This document shows positions 11,297-23,950 of a stretch of DNA of 64,000 bases, piece by piece (within the stretch, counting starts at the first letter, position 1; each line of letters starts with the position of its first letter). Source of the DNA: Epiperipatus broadwayi (Eukaryota; Animalia; Onychophora); assembly GCA_028023455.1 (NCBI GenBank), contig JAQFVV010000007.1:9362001-9426000 (forward strand). Reading direction: 5' to 3'. Position numbers and translations under genes: made by a program. Below the pieces are notes generated by a model that did not search any database, had not been told where the DNA came from, and was given only the letters and a program-made list of their open reading frames with translations.

Positions 11297-14200
11297 TAAC
11301 TTTAAATCATCGCCAAAAGTGTCAACTTATTATCCTCCCAAGTGCCCAGAACTAACTGCAATGAAAACAACGAACTGGTAAATTGATAAATTTTCTCTCA
11401 GAGCTTTGTTTATAAACTGTGACTTTCAATTCTTTCTTTTAAAAGCTAGCTATTTATTAAATCTGCCTTTCCCAAACACCTTTCCTAAAATCTGCAAAGA
11501 AGACTGTCAAATGCTAATGTTTAAATCTTGTCTGATTGTAAAACTTGAATTCTCTTTTAAAATATAAAACTCTAATAATCTATTTTAAATTAAGGGGAAA
11601 TTTTTCTGTGGTCTTTTATGCCTATTTCTAATCTATTCAATTTATTCTATAATTTTATCATTTTAATATTATATGTATTTGATATGCCAAATAACTCGAA
11701 ACCGCGAATCTTATGAGTATAATTTTAGCTTATCTATCTGCGAAGATAATTTCAAATCTTTGCTATAATAAATATTAAATAATTGAATTATTATTTTTCT
11801 TTCTCACTCGCTGTTTTGAGATCATATTATTATTTTACTGATTAATTTTTGGGTATCAATATTGCAATAATCAGTCGTTCTCTAGTTAAAATTATAGTTT
11901 GCTTATCTCTAGTTATAAATTATAACTATTTATATATGTAACTCGTACATCATAGGAACTAGCCACAGAGATATTCTCAAAGCATATTTTAATGTTTTAT
12001 TCATAATTACCCCCGAATATGCTTTGTCCTCCTTAGATTTATATATGTAGAGACACAGGCGATAATATTAAACTAGGTTACTAATTAATTTAGTCCCTAA
12101 ATAGTATATTTAAAATACTAAATTTGAGAACTGGATTGTATAGATATGCAAATAGACACTATCTAATTTTAAGGCAAGCTAATATAATTTTACGTATTTG
12201 CGTTATATATGTATAAGTTGTGGATGTGTCCTTACTAAGTATGCAATGTACAATTATCTGCTTGCTGCATGATTATTTATGAGTTGCTGGCGGAGGCCAC
12301 ACTTATCCACTTAGTTTGGGTAAAGCACACACTTTTAGAACTAGGGCACAAGGATCTAGATTATTCATAATTAATGCTTATCCAATTCCCTGAACTACTA
12401 ATGTTCCTATTCATAGCAAGTTGAGCAGTTTTAGGGCCACTGAGCCTTTGAAGCTGAAGCCCGTGAATAATGACCCATTCACACCTTCTATCTTTATTAA
12501 TATTTTACTATGTGCCATAGAATATATAGGTAAACCTATTATAAACCAGTTTTCTCTCCTTTTATATTAAAATACTTACCCTAATCTAGGTTAACACACT
12601 AACCTGCATATCTCTGAGACTAATTATGTGCTTGACTTAACTTTATATAGATAGATGCCATGGGATCGCTATTAAGTTAGTTATATAACTTTGGCTATAA
12701 AGTTCCGTATGATTTAGCAGACTACAAAAGGGCTAGAAATTTGACATATTAATATAGGCATAAACTTCAATACCGCACTACACTTTATTGAACACTTAAG
12801 ATGAGATAAATATCTAACATTAATCTCATTAGTTATGCAATGCCTGCGAACGTAATCTCTCACGTTCTCACTATATAATTGTGTATATTTTGATTTACTA
12901 TTTGTTATTGTTTTATTAAATTAATAATATTTAAAATTATAACTCGTTTTCTTATCTTTATTGTCCATGAGTTCATTTTATCCAACTCTAGATTTGATTG
13001 CATATACATCATTTTATCTATATGTAGGTCAATCATTCATATATTAATTAATCACTTAGTCATATGGGTGTATATCTGACCAAATCAATGTGAAATTAGT
13101 TAATTTACAAGTCTTTTGTTTTACGCTGAGTGACTGCCGGGCCGTGGTTAAATTAGATGTCTGTGTAAGTTGAAAAGTGTCATCCATAGGGTATTAGATC
13201 ATTGAGCAGAGGTGAAAGGATTGAATGCTGGTCGGGTTCTGGATCTCAGCATCCAGATTCGATCAGCTGTAGTGTATTTTGCCTGTGTTCTAGATTTTGT
13301 TGTGTGGAGGGACAATTCTTACCGTTACATTATTGAATATATTGTATATATTACAGCTCTTTCGAAAAAGACTACTGAATGGTTGAAACTATAAGCTATT
13401 TTGCAATTATAACTTTATTAAAAATGTTTTCATTATTTATATTAATGAATTTATAAAGAACTAATATAAGTGAAATAAAAAAAATGAAGCTCAGTTGGAG
13501 AGATTCTGGGTTTAAAGAAAGAGCACAAATTATATCCCAATCTAGTTTGCTCATCAGTTTACTGCATTATGTAAATTTAGAAATCCAGTTTTAAAGGAGA
13601 TGAAAATGATAATATTAATTCAGTAAATACAAGACTTTCATGAAATAGTAATTAAAGTATTTGCATCTCATGTTATGAAATGGAATTCAAATTTGGGTGA
13701 AATATGGACTTTGGCCAGTAGCAAAATCTATGACAAGATATAATCATACTTTTAGTTTATACTTCCATTAACTCTTATCTGACTAGTTTTCGTTTTTACA
13801 GTTTCATTAACACTTATCTAACTAACCCAGATTAAGTATGATCTTTATGTTCCAGTTAATGATTGTTAAATATACATTTAACTAAAGGATTTTTAGCTGC
13901 AGAATAAAAATCTCACGTTAATCTGGATTAATCAAAATAAATGGTGGCAAGATTAAAGTAAAACAAAACTTGCCATGAATTGTCAAAATGAATATAAAAA
14001 AAATTAATTATTACCAAGTTTTGTAGCAAGCAAAGAATGCAATAAATAAAAGATTTGAAAAATATACTAACACTTGACTTTTAAAAAGCTATCAGCTAAT
14101 TTATTTATGATCATAAAACGATAATCATAAATATTACATTTTTACTACAATTTATAGTGACGCTGCTAAACTTACTACACGCTCAGCTACGACAACTTCT

Positions 14201-15849
14201 GGTAAATTACTAGCTGATTATTACTAATTATTTATTAGGCTAAAAATTAATACATTATTTTTAGCCCAGATATAATCTTTAAACTTTAATTAAAGATTGA
14301 TATTTCTATTATTTAAATATAATCACAAGGAATAATTAATTTAATTCCGTCCAACTTTTTTCCATGTTAATAATATATTTATAACTTTCATTTTTACCGC
14401 ATATGCATCAATCATATAAATAAAGATGTTTTTATTCATGTGAATCTAATTTTTAAAACAATCAATATATGTAGAATATAACAAATTATCAAATTATTAA
14501 CAGTGCTTCCTGATTGGTAATTAAGAAACTATAGGAGGTTTTATAAACTATCCTTCAATAAAAAGAACAGCCTCATATAACATTATTTGTTCGTCAATAA
14601 TAGAACGAATACTAATCTACATAATAAATACCTAATTGACCTATTTTAGTAATAGCATCCATATTTAGACAATATTTTCAAATAGATTTTATTTAGATTA
14701 ATTTTAATAACGATTTTAATAATTAGGATAGAACATCTCCACCTCGATTTCACAATGAAAGGAAAATATAGATTGTATTACTTTTTCATTCCTACTCCAG
14801 AAAAAAAAAAAAACAATAACTGGGAAATGTGTTCTCCATACTCATATGAGTTTTAAAAATAACTGATGATTGAAATAGAGATTTATTTCATTTGCTTTCA
14901 AAAAGGATTTCTCACTTCAATATTAAAATAAGAACTTTTGTTAAAATGATATTTTGATACCAAAAATAATAATAACATGTTTAAATTTTCTTTTCCTTTT
15001 TTTTAAAAAAAAAAAAAAAAAACTAAATACACGAATGGAAATGAAGATTTTTTCGTAAGCTTTTATTTGGTAACAGAATAATAAAATAATTTAAAAATAT
15101 GACCGAAACAAATTGAAACACACAATATACACGCATTTGATGCCAATAACTAGTATATTTCTATTTCCATTTTTTTGTTTTTAGTAGTAGTATCCTTTAA
15201 ACAAAAACACGGCCAACATCGCGGAAAATTTTTAAGCTATGCATTTTAATGAGCCGTTACGTCATTATGATACACGCCATCATTTTTGTTTATATTCGCA
15301 AAAATGTGTTACGCATGTTACGTGTACATAATCTACTACTACGTCAAAAAGAGGTTAGAGATTTTTTTAGTTAGACATCTCAAGCAAGATCTGGATGATT
15401 TTCATTGGAAGGCAGATTTAGGCAATCCAGTCAATCATATAATATTGGTCAGCTAATGAATATCTAATGACTACCAGCTGAAAGATAAAATTCCAAGATC
15501 CCATCAGATGAATTGTTATGATGACCCTAATAAAAACATGACAATACATGCGTAACATCTCTCCTCTGATATATGCAACAATGTGTGTACATGCACAGAA
15601 ACATGATCTTTAGTATATTCTTTATATATATACAAAAGGGTTATGGTATATAATCTATAACTTATAAGTATGACCTCATGGAAAATATTTAGTGAATCCA
15701 CTTTCTATGTCCATAATTTTGGTTTCAAATTCTGCTGAAACCTTTTTTTTATTTCCAAGTTTCATTGGTGTGAGATTTCTTTTTTTTTCTATTAGCTATT
15801 CCTTAACCAATGTTATCCTGAACCAATCAATTCATTTAAGAAGACTGAT

Positions 15850-15960
15850 TTGTGTGATTTAGTGCACTGTTAAAATATCAGATTCTGGATTGTAAGGTCT
15901 TGAACCAATTCCATTTTTTCTGACAATCAAACCACTTATAAATTTCCAAACAACAGTTTC
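15850..15960 (+). mobile_element. SINE family F, decayed
   Basis: GTGTGATTTAGTGCACTGTTAAAATATCAGATTCTGGA aligns with the 9385 head, and the tail resembles TTATAAATTTCCAAACAA. Confidence 0.4.
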
Positions 15961-16213
15961 ATTTAGAGTATTTTATTTCAAAAAACTGCAGCTTTAATTA
16001 GACAACCTTAATCAAGGTCCAGTCTCAAAAACAAATCTCTTCACATTGCTTATAAAGCTCTTAGCAAGAATTTCTTTGTTTTCATCTTCAGATGACATCC
16101 ATAATTCTAAAATAACTTCATAAATTTTTAGCTAATGTCATATCAGGTCAATCTTCTCAAGGCTGAAATGTTCTATCTGGTGACTAGGTTCTTTACAATT
16201 ATAGTACATGCAC

Positions 16214-16309
16214 TTTTTTTTTCATATGTCAAATGCATTGACTGGGAGCGAACCCAGGCAAGCTGCTTGGAAGGCAGCTATGCTAACTACTAGGCCACCA
16301 ATGCTTGAC
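16214..16309 (-). mobile_element. tRNA-Gly(TCC)-derived SINE (family G)
   Basis: Minus strand 16304-16234 reads GCATTGGTGGCCTAGTAGTTAGCATAGCTGCCTTCCAAGCAGCTTGCCTGGGTTCGCTCCCAGTCAATGCA, closely resembling eukaryotic tRNA-Gly-TCC, then TTTGACATATG and poly-A. Confidence 0.85.
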
Positions 16310-17297
16310 TTGTGGAAATAATCCATTCACAAATTTTTGGATATGTTGAATTTTACATAATCTCCTTTGGGTGCATATTTACCATTAGCTGTAGATATGA
16401 GATCGGATGTTTGAAAAAGCAAAGGAGAATAGTTGAAAATATAATAAAGCTTTAAAAAATATAAGTGGAATAGAAAAAACTGACTGCTACTTAAAAAAGG
16501 AGTATGAATTTTAAAATAATAATCAAGTAAGAGGCAGAAAGATGTATGATAAAATGGTGTGAACTAAATGTAAAAAAATTTGCCTTTATAAAATGATCAA
16601 TGATATATATTATGCTTAACATCTGATCTATAAATAGACAGGAGTATTCTACAATCAATCAAAACCAATCATATCCCTTGGCTACTAACTATGTCCATCC
16701 TTAGCTTAATTTAATACCTCCAATTTAGGTATATTACAATATGGTGCTCGGTAGTTGAGGAGGGACTGTACTGCCATATATTCATGGTTGTCATATTATT
16801 TAATTAAATATCAAGTTATTATCTAGAAGGTAATGTTTCAAATTAATCTGAATTGGACACATGAATATTGGACATGCCAATTGTTAAAAAAACTATGAAA
16901 CAGCATTCTTTATTGGCAAAGGATGTGCCTCACTTCTAAGAATTCTCAGCCTAAAAATTTTCTTTTATCCTTTTCTAAAAAAAAAATCTAGACAAAGAAC
17001 TCACATATACCATATTACTTTGAATATAAAATACATTTTCTTTCCAAATTTTTGACCCATAAAAGAGGGGTATATTTTGAATTGGGAAAGAAATTTTTTA
17101 ACACTTTATTTCTGCAGATCCTTGTTTTATGATATACATATGCATAGTATTATGATCATTGATCTGTGTAAAATAGGATGTTAAATCTTTTTTAATCAAA
17201 AAAAAAATTTAACATTAAATGTCAAGATTTTGGGGATTAATTTTGTATATGGCTTTAACTCTCTCTCAAACTGCCACTTTTAAAATTATTTTGCTGA

Positions 17298-17985
17298 TTT
17301 TGCCATTATTTTATCAAAAAAAAATTATACTGAATAATCTTTAGAATTTTTTACAACTAATAAATCAATATAACAATGTGATAAAAATCTGCCTTCCAAG
17401 GCAATGACTGTTTGTTTCTTGTTCTCTACATAAAAAAAATGCCTGTCAATGATTTTGACAGTTGCAATATTTTCATTTTGATTTTCAAAGTAAAAACATA
17501 TGTTTTAGAATCTTAAACATTTTTTGGCCAATTTTACCATTATGTTATCAAAAAAACTATACTGAATAACCATCAGAATTTTTTACAACTAATAAATCAA
17601 TATAACAATGAGGTAAGAACCTGCCTTCCAAGATGCTGATTGTTTGTTTCTTGTTCTCTACTCAAGAAAGTGTATGTCAATGATTTTGACAATTCAAATA
17701 TTTTTATTTTGATTTTCAAAGTGAAAACATATGTTTTGGAATCTTTTAATGTTACTTTGTAGATTTTACTATTATTTTATTAAGAAAACCATATTGAATT
17801 ACCTTTAGAATTTTTTACAACTATAATATCAATATAATAATGAGATAAGAACCTTGTCTTCCAAGGCAATGATTGGTGGTTTCTTCTTCTTTACACAAGA
17901 GAGCACCTGTCAATGATTTTGACAGTTCCAACACCTTCATTTTAATTTTCAAAGTGAAAACATATGTTTTAGATTTTTTTAAGCA
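17298..17985. repeat. Tandem array, ~233-bp unit x 3
   Basis: Units start at ~17298, 17532 and 17764. Conserved blocks include TTTTACAACTAATAAATCAATATAACAATG, CTGCCTTCCAAG and TGTCAATGATTTTGACA. Confidence 0.9.
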
Positions 17986-18904
17986 TTAATAACTTTTTTC
18001 AGAAAATATTTGTGAAAATATAAATTATTTTAGAAGAATGATTGATTTTAATTGAAAAATTTACCTTTACATAAAAGCAAATTGAAAAAGAACTCAATAA
18101 TATATGGTTGCAATTTGCAATTGGATGACAAAAATATGTTTTATGTTGTCTGCTATAGATTACTTTTTTTTTCAATTATAAAAAGAAATTTATTTTTTAA
18201 AAACCTTTCATTTACTTTAATAATCTGACAAATTATTAATTTGCATTTTAGAAAAAGTTTTTAATCAAAAGAAAAAAGATTTATTAATAACATTGAATGT
18301 CAATACCATATTTTAAAATTTATTTTTTTTTTAAAAAAAAAAATGTTACACTGTAAAAAAAAAAAAGACTTTGTAATGAAAACAATATACATATAATTTT
18401 GAATGGGTTTTGCAGTCTTGGAATGATATGCCCTAAGAAATTATTTTTTAAATATTTCTTAAAATGTTGCATTGCTAATGAGTTAAAGACCTAACAATAA
18501 TATACCCTGGTGTAATAGTGAAGATAAAAATTCAAGTTCTGAAAGTGAAGATGTAGAAATTTAAAGTATATCTGAAGAAGATTCACAATAAATTAGGTGA
18601 TTATACATTAGTTCCTATTTAAGTAAATAACCATGTTTCTTTTTTTCAATAAAATCATTTTTAATTTTTTTACCAATTTTCTAAGATTAAAATCCTACTA
18701 CATTTTAAATTTTGGAGCATCTTATATTTGATATAATACTATATTATATAGACAGAGATGTTGAGTAAGAAAATATAGATAGAGACTTAGAGTAGAGGAT
18801 ATGTGGATTGCTTGTTTTATAGGTATTATATATCTTACCTTTTTTAACATCTCTAAACTTGACTTTTATTGTTTTTTGTTCATTTAATTGAGTTTTAGCT
18901 AATC

Positions 18905-18967
18905 CATGAAATAGCAAATTATTTAAGAGTTAACAAAAGTAGACCTTAAATAATTTGCTATTTCATG
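18905..18967. repeat. Perfect 23-bp inverted repeat with 17-bp spacer
   Basis: CATGAAATAGCAAATTATTTAAG (18905-18927) and its exact reverse complement (18945-18967). Confidence 0.9.
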
Positions 18968-18979
18968 AAGTATAATAAT

Positions 18980-19038
18980 GTCCTGCATGGTTCAGTGCAG
19001 TAGTAAAGTGGCAGAATTTGGAGTTCAGGTCTGTAGTC
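18980..19038 (+). mobile_element. SINE family F head truncated by the family A insertion
   Basis: GCATGGTTCAGTGCAGTAGTAAAGTGGCAGAATTTGGAG matches 43565, and family A begins immediately after. Confidence 0.45.
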
Positions 19039-19680
19039 AACTCTCCATACAGTGGTGCCACCCATGCAAACCTTAGTAATCAATGGATGCAAAAAGATTT
19101 GTGCATAGAATCTCTATCTAGTGCTTACTGATCCAGATTAGTTTCTAACTTGTGGCTTTCATCAGTAAAAAAAACCTTGGATCTGAGAGCATTGTACCAA
19201 GATCTTAAGATCTAATGTAACACTCCAACAGCCATCTTTTACCTACTTAGTTAATTGTAAAGCTAGGAGCCCAAGAAGAAAATACAATAATGTTTTCAAT
19301 CCAAGCTCATTCACTTGTATAGCCATATAGATCAGAACTCAGTTCAGGATCTATACATTTTGGTATATATATATATATTTTTTTTTAAAACAACAATCAA
19401 CATCATCCTCTAAGCAGGATTGATATAAAACCATTAAGATATCACATGATTACCATTTCCTAAGCATACACAAATGATTAAAAGAATAGTAAACTCTCCA
19501 TACAGTAGTGCCACCCAATGCAAGGCTCCCCACTGATGAAAGCTGCAAACTAAAACTAGTATGGGGATATTGGATGTGTAGGCACTAAAGAGGTTTTATA
19601 CACAAATTTTTTTGCATCCACTGATTAGATTTACACTTGGTGGCACTGTTGTATACAGAGTTTGCTATTGTTTTAATAAA
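19039..19680. mobile_element. HHR family A: more than one monomer in tandem (minus sense) plus an inverted plus-sense arm
   Basis: AACTCTCCATACAGT occurs at 19039 and 19492 (453-bp period). Minus core CTGATGA at 19159-19165, plus core at 19533-19539 (GAAA damaged). Confidence 0.9.
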
Positions 19681-19900
19681 TCAAACACTGATCATTTTTA
19701 TTCAAAGTGATTTTTAATTTTATATTAATGAAGCTAGCTCACAGTTTCAAATATTAATTCAGATGAAATTCTGACAATTTTAACAAGCCTGTAAATGAAT
19801 TATGGCTTATAAAATATGAAATACTAATAATACAAATCTATTCGAAGAGCAGCCAAGCCTAGCAATTATCACAAAAACATTTTAAGATTTGGTTGTACCT

Positions 19901-20070
19901 TCCAAGAGATTGTAAAATACCCAGAAAGCGACCACATGTGAGATGGATGAATGAAATAAAGTGTGCAGTGGTGATGTGGAGAAGAGAAGCTAAAGATCGG
20001 AGATGGATTGAACTTGGAAAGGCCTTCATCCTGCAGTGGATTGATAATGTTTGATGATGACGGTGATGAA
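19901..20070 (+). mobile_element. RTE-1 extreme 3' fragment
   Basis: CCAAGAGATTGTAAAATACCCAGAAAGCGACCACATGTGAGATGG...ATCCTGCAGTGGATTGATAATG followed by a GAT-rich tail. Confidence 0.85.
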
Positions 20071-20844
20071 ATTAACTAAACTTTTATGTAAAAGTATCTT
20101 TTATAACGAAGATTATTATATCCAGAGCAACTAAATACAATCATAAATTACATTATTTATAACCCTTTCCCCATCTCTTAATTTTTGCTCACTCTATGTA
20201 TCAATAACATAAGGAGAAACATTATAATAAAGACAATATAGTTAGAGTTTTCTATTTTATTTTATTTTCTACTTTTTTTTTTTTTTTACAGTTTGCTAAT
20301 TGTTGTTTGTTTATTTTTTTAATTTCTTGCACACACCAAGGATCTCACTTTATATACATTTTCAGTTAATAATTTATAATAGAGAACTAATTCAAAACAT
20401 TACATATAATTCTAATATGTTCTGAATTAATTTCAATTTATTAATATAAGCTGTCATTCAAACATGGCAGAAAATGTTCATTAAAAAATTATAATAAAAA
20501 AAAATCCGCCTAAAAAATTTATTAAAAAATGAGTGTTTCATGTTAACTTTTTATTAACACTTGTGGAAGTGAAATTTGTACAAAAGAGAAAATGAAAATA
20601 ATGTTATTCTTTTTGTTTTTATTATTGCTGAAATTTAATTTTTAAAAAAATGAACACCTGATAAGATACGATAGAAAATAATTTCTTAGACGAAGTCATA
20701 AGTTCGTGTGTGTAAGCCATACATCTAGAAACCTTGTTAGTTCAAATAATGTGAATAACTTTGCAATTTTTTAAACCACTATAAAACCATCTTCTTCTCT
20801 ACTCTATAACCCCCATACAATCTACAATCATCTAATCATTCCAC

Positions 20845-20950
20845 CATGTGTGATCAGTTGGTAGAGAATCAGGAGATTCCAGGATCGATTCTAAAGTGCT
20901 CACAGGACTGGCACTCAAATGTCTTATGAACTCTCAAGTAATAAATTATA
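20845..20950 (+). mobile_element. SINE family F-like copy
   Basis: A-box-like TGATCAGTTGGTAGAG, B-box-like AGGATCGATTC and shared tail TTATGAACTCTCAAGTAATAAA. Confidence 0.45.
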
Positions 20951-21331
20951 GGCTTTTTTTTTATAAAATTTCATCAAGAATGACATATTTTATTTTATTT
21001 TCCTATCCTATTTAAATAAAAACTGTTTGAATAATTCCAAATTTTCCTGGTTCTGATATAAAGACCTAAACAAAAACATATACCTTTTTGTCCTCATTGT
21101 TTGTATTTGTTCCTCCCATTAGATTTACTCATTTGATTGATCCTGATTACCTTTCAATAATCTATGCACCAAAAATAAATGTTCAATAATCTTTCTATAT
21201 CCATATGAACTACATCTGAAATCCAAATTCTCATCTCATTTTCACCTTCTTTCCTTGGAATTTGAAACTCTGATTCTTGCACCAAATAATAATAAACTCA
21301 GAGGCAAATCTAGGGCAAGCCAGAATAATCA

Positions 21332-21665
21332 AATGAGCTTGAATTGAAAACATTATTGTGCTTTTTAATTTGGACTTAACGCTTTATAGTTAAATAAAAA
21401 GATAAAAGGAGGCCTGCTGGAGGATTACATTAGATCCTAAGATCTAGGTACAGTGCTCTCAGATCCAAGGCCACTCACTGATGAAAGCCACAGGCTAGAA
21501 ACTAGGCTGGAGATATTGGATGAGTAGGCACTAGCTAATGCAAAAGCCTTCTAGCATCCATTGATTACACTGGCATACAATGAGTGATGCTACTATATGG
21601 AAAGATCAATCTCTGTGTTATTCAGCTTATGTAAACATAAAGAATGGTGATTGCATGATGTTTAG
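21332..21665 (+). mobile_element. HHR family A, single plus-sense arm
   Basis: CTGATGA at 21478-21484, AGCC-ACA-GGCT stem, AGAAAC, with the cleavage triplet mutated (GGC). Reads through the monomer junction to CATGATGTTTAG. No TSD seen. Confidence 0.85.
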
Positions 21666-23829
21666 AGATTTATTAGTAAACTCCCTTAGTTTTGTCTTAT
21701 ATTGTTATATTTTATACACTTTTTTACTTTTATAAAAAACCCAATTATTTTTTTAATTCATATCCATATCCATATTTTAATTCTTTCTTTCTATCCAACT
21801 TTTTTTCTTTCCTCCCATAGTAATATAACTTAAACATATATGTCATTTCTTATATAAATATACAGAAATAAATCTCTATCTATTAATTATATATATTATA
21901 AACCTTTCAGTTAACTTCTTTAGATATTCTTTTAATATAATTTAATCACTTTTTGCCCTCAGTAATTTGGTGAATTGGGAGAGTGATAGAGCTCAAGGTC
22001 CATGGATAGCAATCCAGATTTTTCACCCAAACTTCTTGTAAATTCCTGGGAAATAAACCAACTGATAATATTTAGTTTAATCTTTCAATTATATATCACA
22101 ATTTTTCAAACAAGGTACCTATCCTAACTACCTATAAATATAAATGTCCTTCTAAGACTCAAAGAGTTTACTAGGCAAGACAGTTAAAAATATAGTTATC
22201 AGTGCCAATATCAGGCAATTATACAAAGATGCCAGTGTCAACAAATAAATGTCATTCATTCTAAGCCACATTATAAATTACTAAGGATTGTTTTGACACA
22301 GTATTCTTTCATAAGTTCTTTTGTAGATATTTCTGTTCTAAAACAACATTAGGTTCAAGATTAACATTTAACCTGATATAGATAAGATAAAGTCATTATC
22401 ATAAAAAAAAATTGATACACCAAAGTTGGCAGTTCATGTTTAACAATATATTGTCATTTGTCATTGGAAACAGTTTTTCATTCTTTTTAACTTTAATTTT
22501 TTAATGCAAATTAATGAATGAAGATTTATGATAAATCTATCTAATTTTGCTTTAAAATCTGACATTTGCTTTATAATTATTATAATATTTGAAAAGAATC
22601 TAACACTGTGTCAATTTTAACAGATAAATGGTGAGCACAAACACACTATGCCATGATTTTCTTGGTTATCTATTATGGTCAAGTTTATTCATTTCTATTT
22701 TTAAAAGTAAAATATAAATGAATCCTGACAGAGATATTTTAAGTGCTGGCTATGGCTAAGCATTTATCACAAAGCTTGTTGAAGAATTGGCAATCCTCAT
22801 TGTTTATAACTTACAAGCTTAAGAGATAGGGTCATGTAATCTATGACTCTTATTTTGACTGTTTAAAGTAGATACATATGTTATTTTTGTTTTAAGTAAT
22901 TATAAACTAATTAGTGTGTAAAAATAATCAGAAATACTTAATAAACAAGGGAAAAAATTATTTTTCTTTACACTAAAAATTCTGAGTGAAAAGAAGATTA
23001 TTAGAAGAGTGATTTCATGCAGTCAACAATAAAGATGTGTTATCATAGTTGACTGTCCATAATATACTGAACTCTTCAGATTTTTTAAATTAATAAATCA
23101 ATAAAAGCAAGTTTGCAGAAAATATATTATAAAAAACCCTACATTAATTAATAACAATTATGAAAATGGTAAAACAATGATATAAAGTTGAATATCTACT
23201 ATGCTATTTCTGTAGTGAAAAAGATGTTAAAAAACCAAAGTGAGTGTTGAAGAGTTAATCACTACCATCTGCCATCTATTAATTACTAAAGCTTATACTA
23301 AGTACAATCATGGTGACAAGAAAAAAAATCACTGCTTAAATAGTTTTGTCAAATGAAGTTGTAAAGTAGACTTTGATTTACAAAATTAACATAAATAAAA
23401 CAAAAATAAGACATCACCCTTTCCTCCATTAGTAGAAGATTTATATTACATTATGATGAATTTGTTGTTTTTACAGTCTGCATGTTATCACTCGTCTAGT
23501 TAGCCTAGCAACTTCTAGGTCAACAATTAATAATAGCTAAATATTCACTTATCACTCTATTTGAAAAGGCTAATAAGATTATTTATGACCTAACTATTTG
23601 GAAAAAAACTCAAAGCTTGCTTATTCTCTGAAAAGGTCACTACATCATGAGGCTCTTAGTGATTTGCACACAAAGACTTAACTATTAAATCTTAAAATAT
23701 ATTTTAAAAATCTAAGAGATATGAAGATGTAAACAAAAGAAAAAATGGTAAGGGAACCTTGGGCTTAGCAGCAGTTAATCATGTTATGGTTTTTGCTCTA
23801 TCAAAAACACATCATCTGACTGAATCAAA

Positions 23830-23950
23830 TTGCTCAGTGATAGTGTGGCAGATCCTGCATTTCAAGGTTCATAGGTAATGGGCCAGTATTGGAAGTCCCA
23901 GTATTTGAACTGCTTATGAACTTCCAAGCAGTAAATCATTTGATCATTAT
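23830..23950 (+). mobile_element. SINE family F-like copy
   Basis: A-box-like TTGCTCAGTGATAG and tail TTATGAACTTCCAAGCAGTAAATCATT. Confidence 0.4.

Noticed and set aside
14158-14201. Plus-strand micro-exon (DAAKLTTRSATTTS)
   Set aside because: Only weak splice signals and local CpG support it, and it cannot be linked to any gene model.
16234-16304. Functional tRNA-Gly gene
   Set aside because: Substitutions in the T-loop (GTTCGCT) and stems, and the shared downstream segment with poly-A in three dispersed copies, indicate a SINE.
22815-22858. 44-nt minus-strand exon candidate (KIRVIDYMTLSLKL)
   Set aside because: Splice signals are good but the phase does not follow the 35618 exon and there is no homology. 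Such signals are common by chance in AT-rich DNA.
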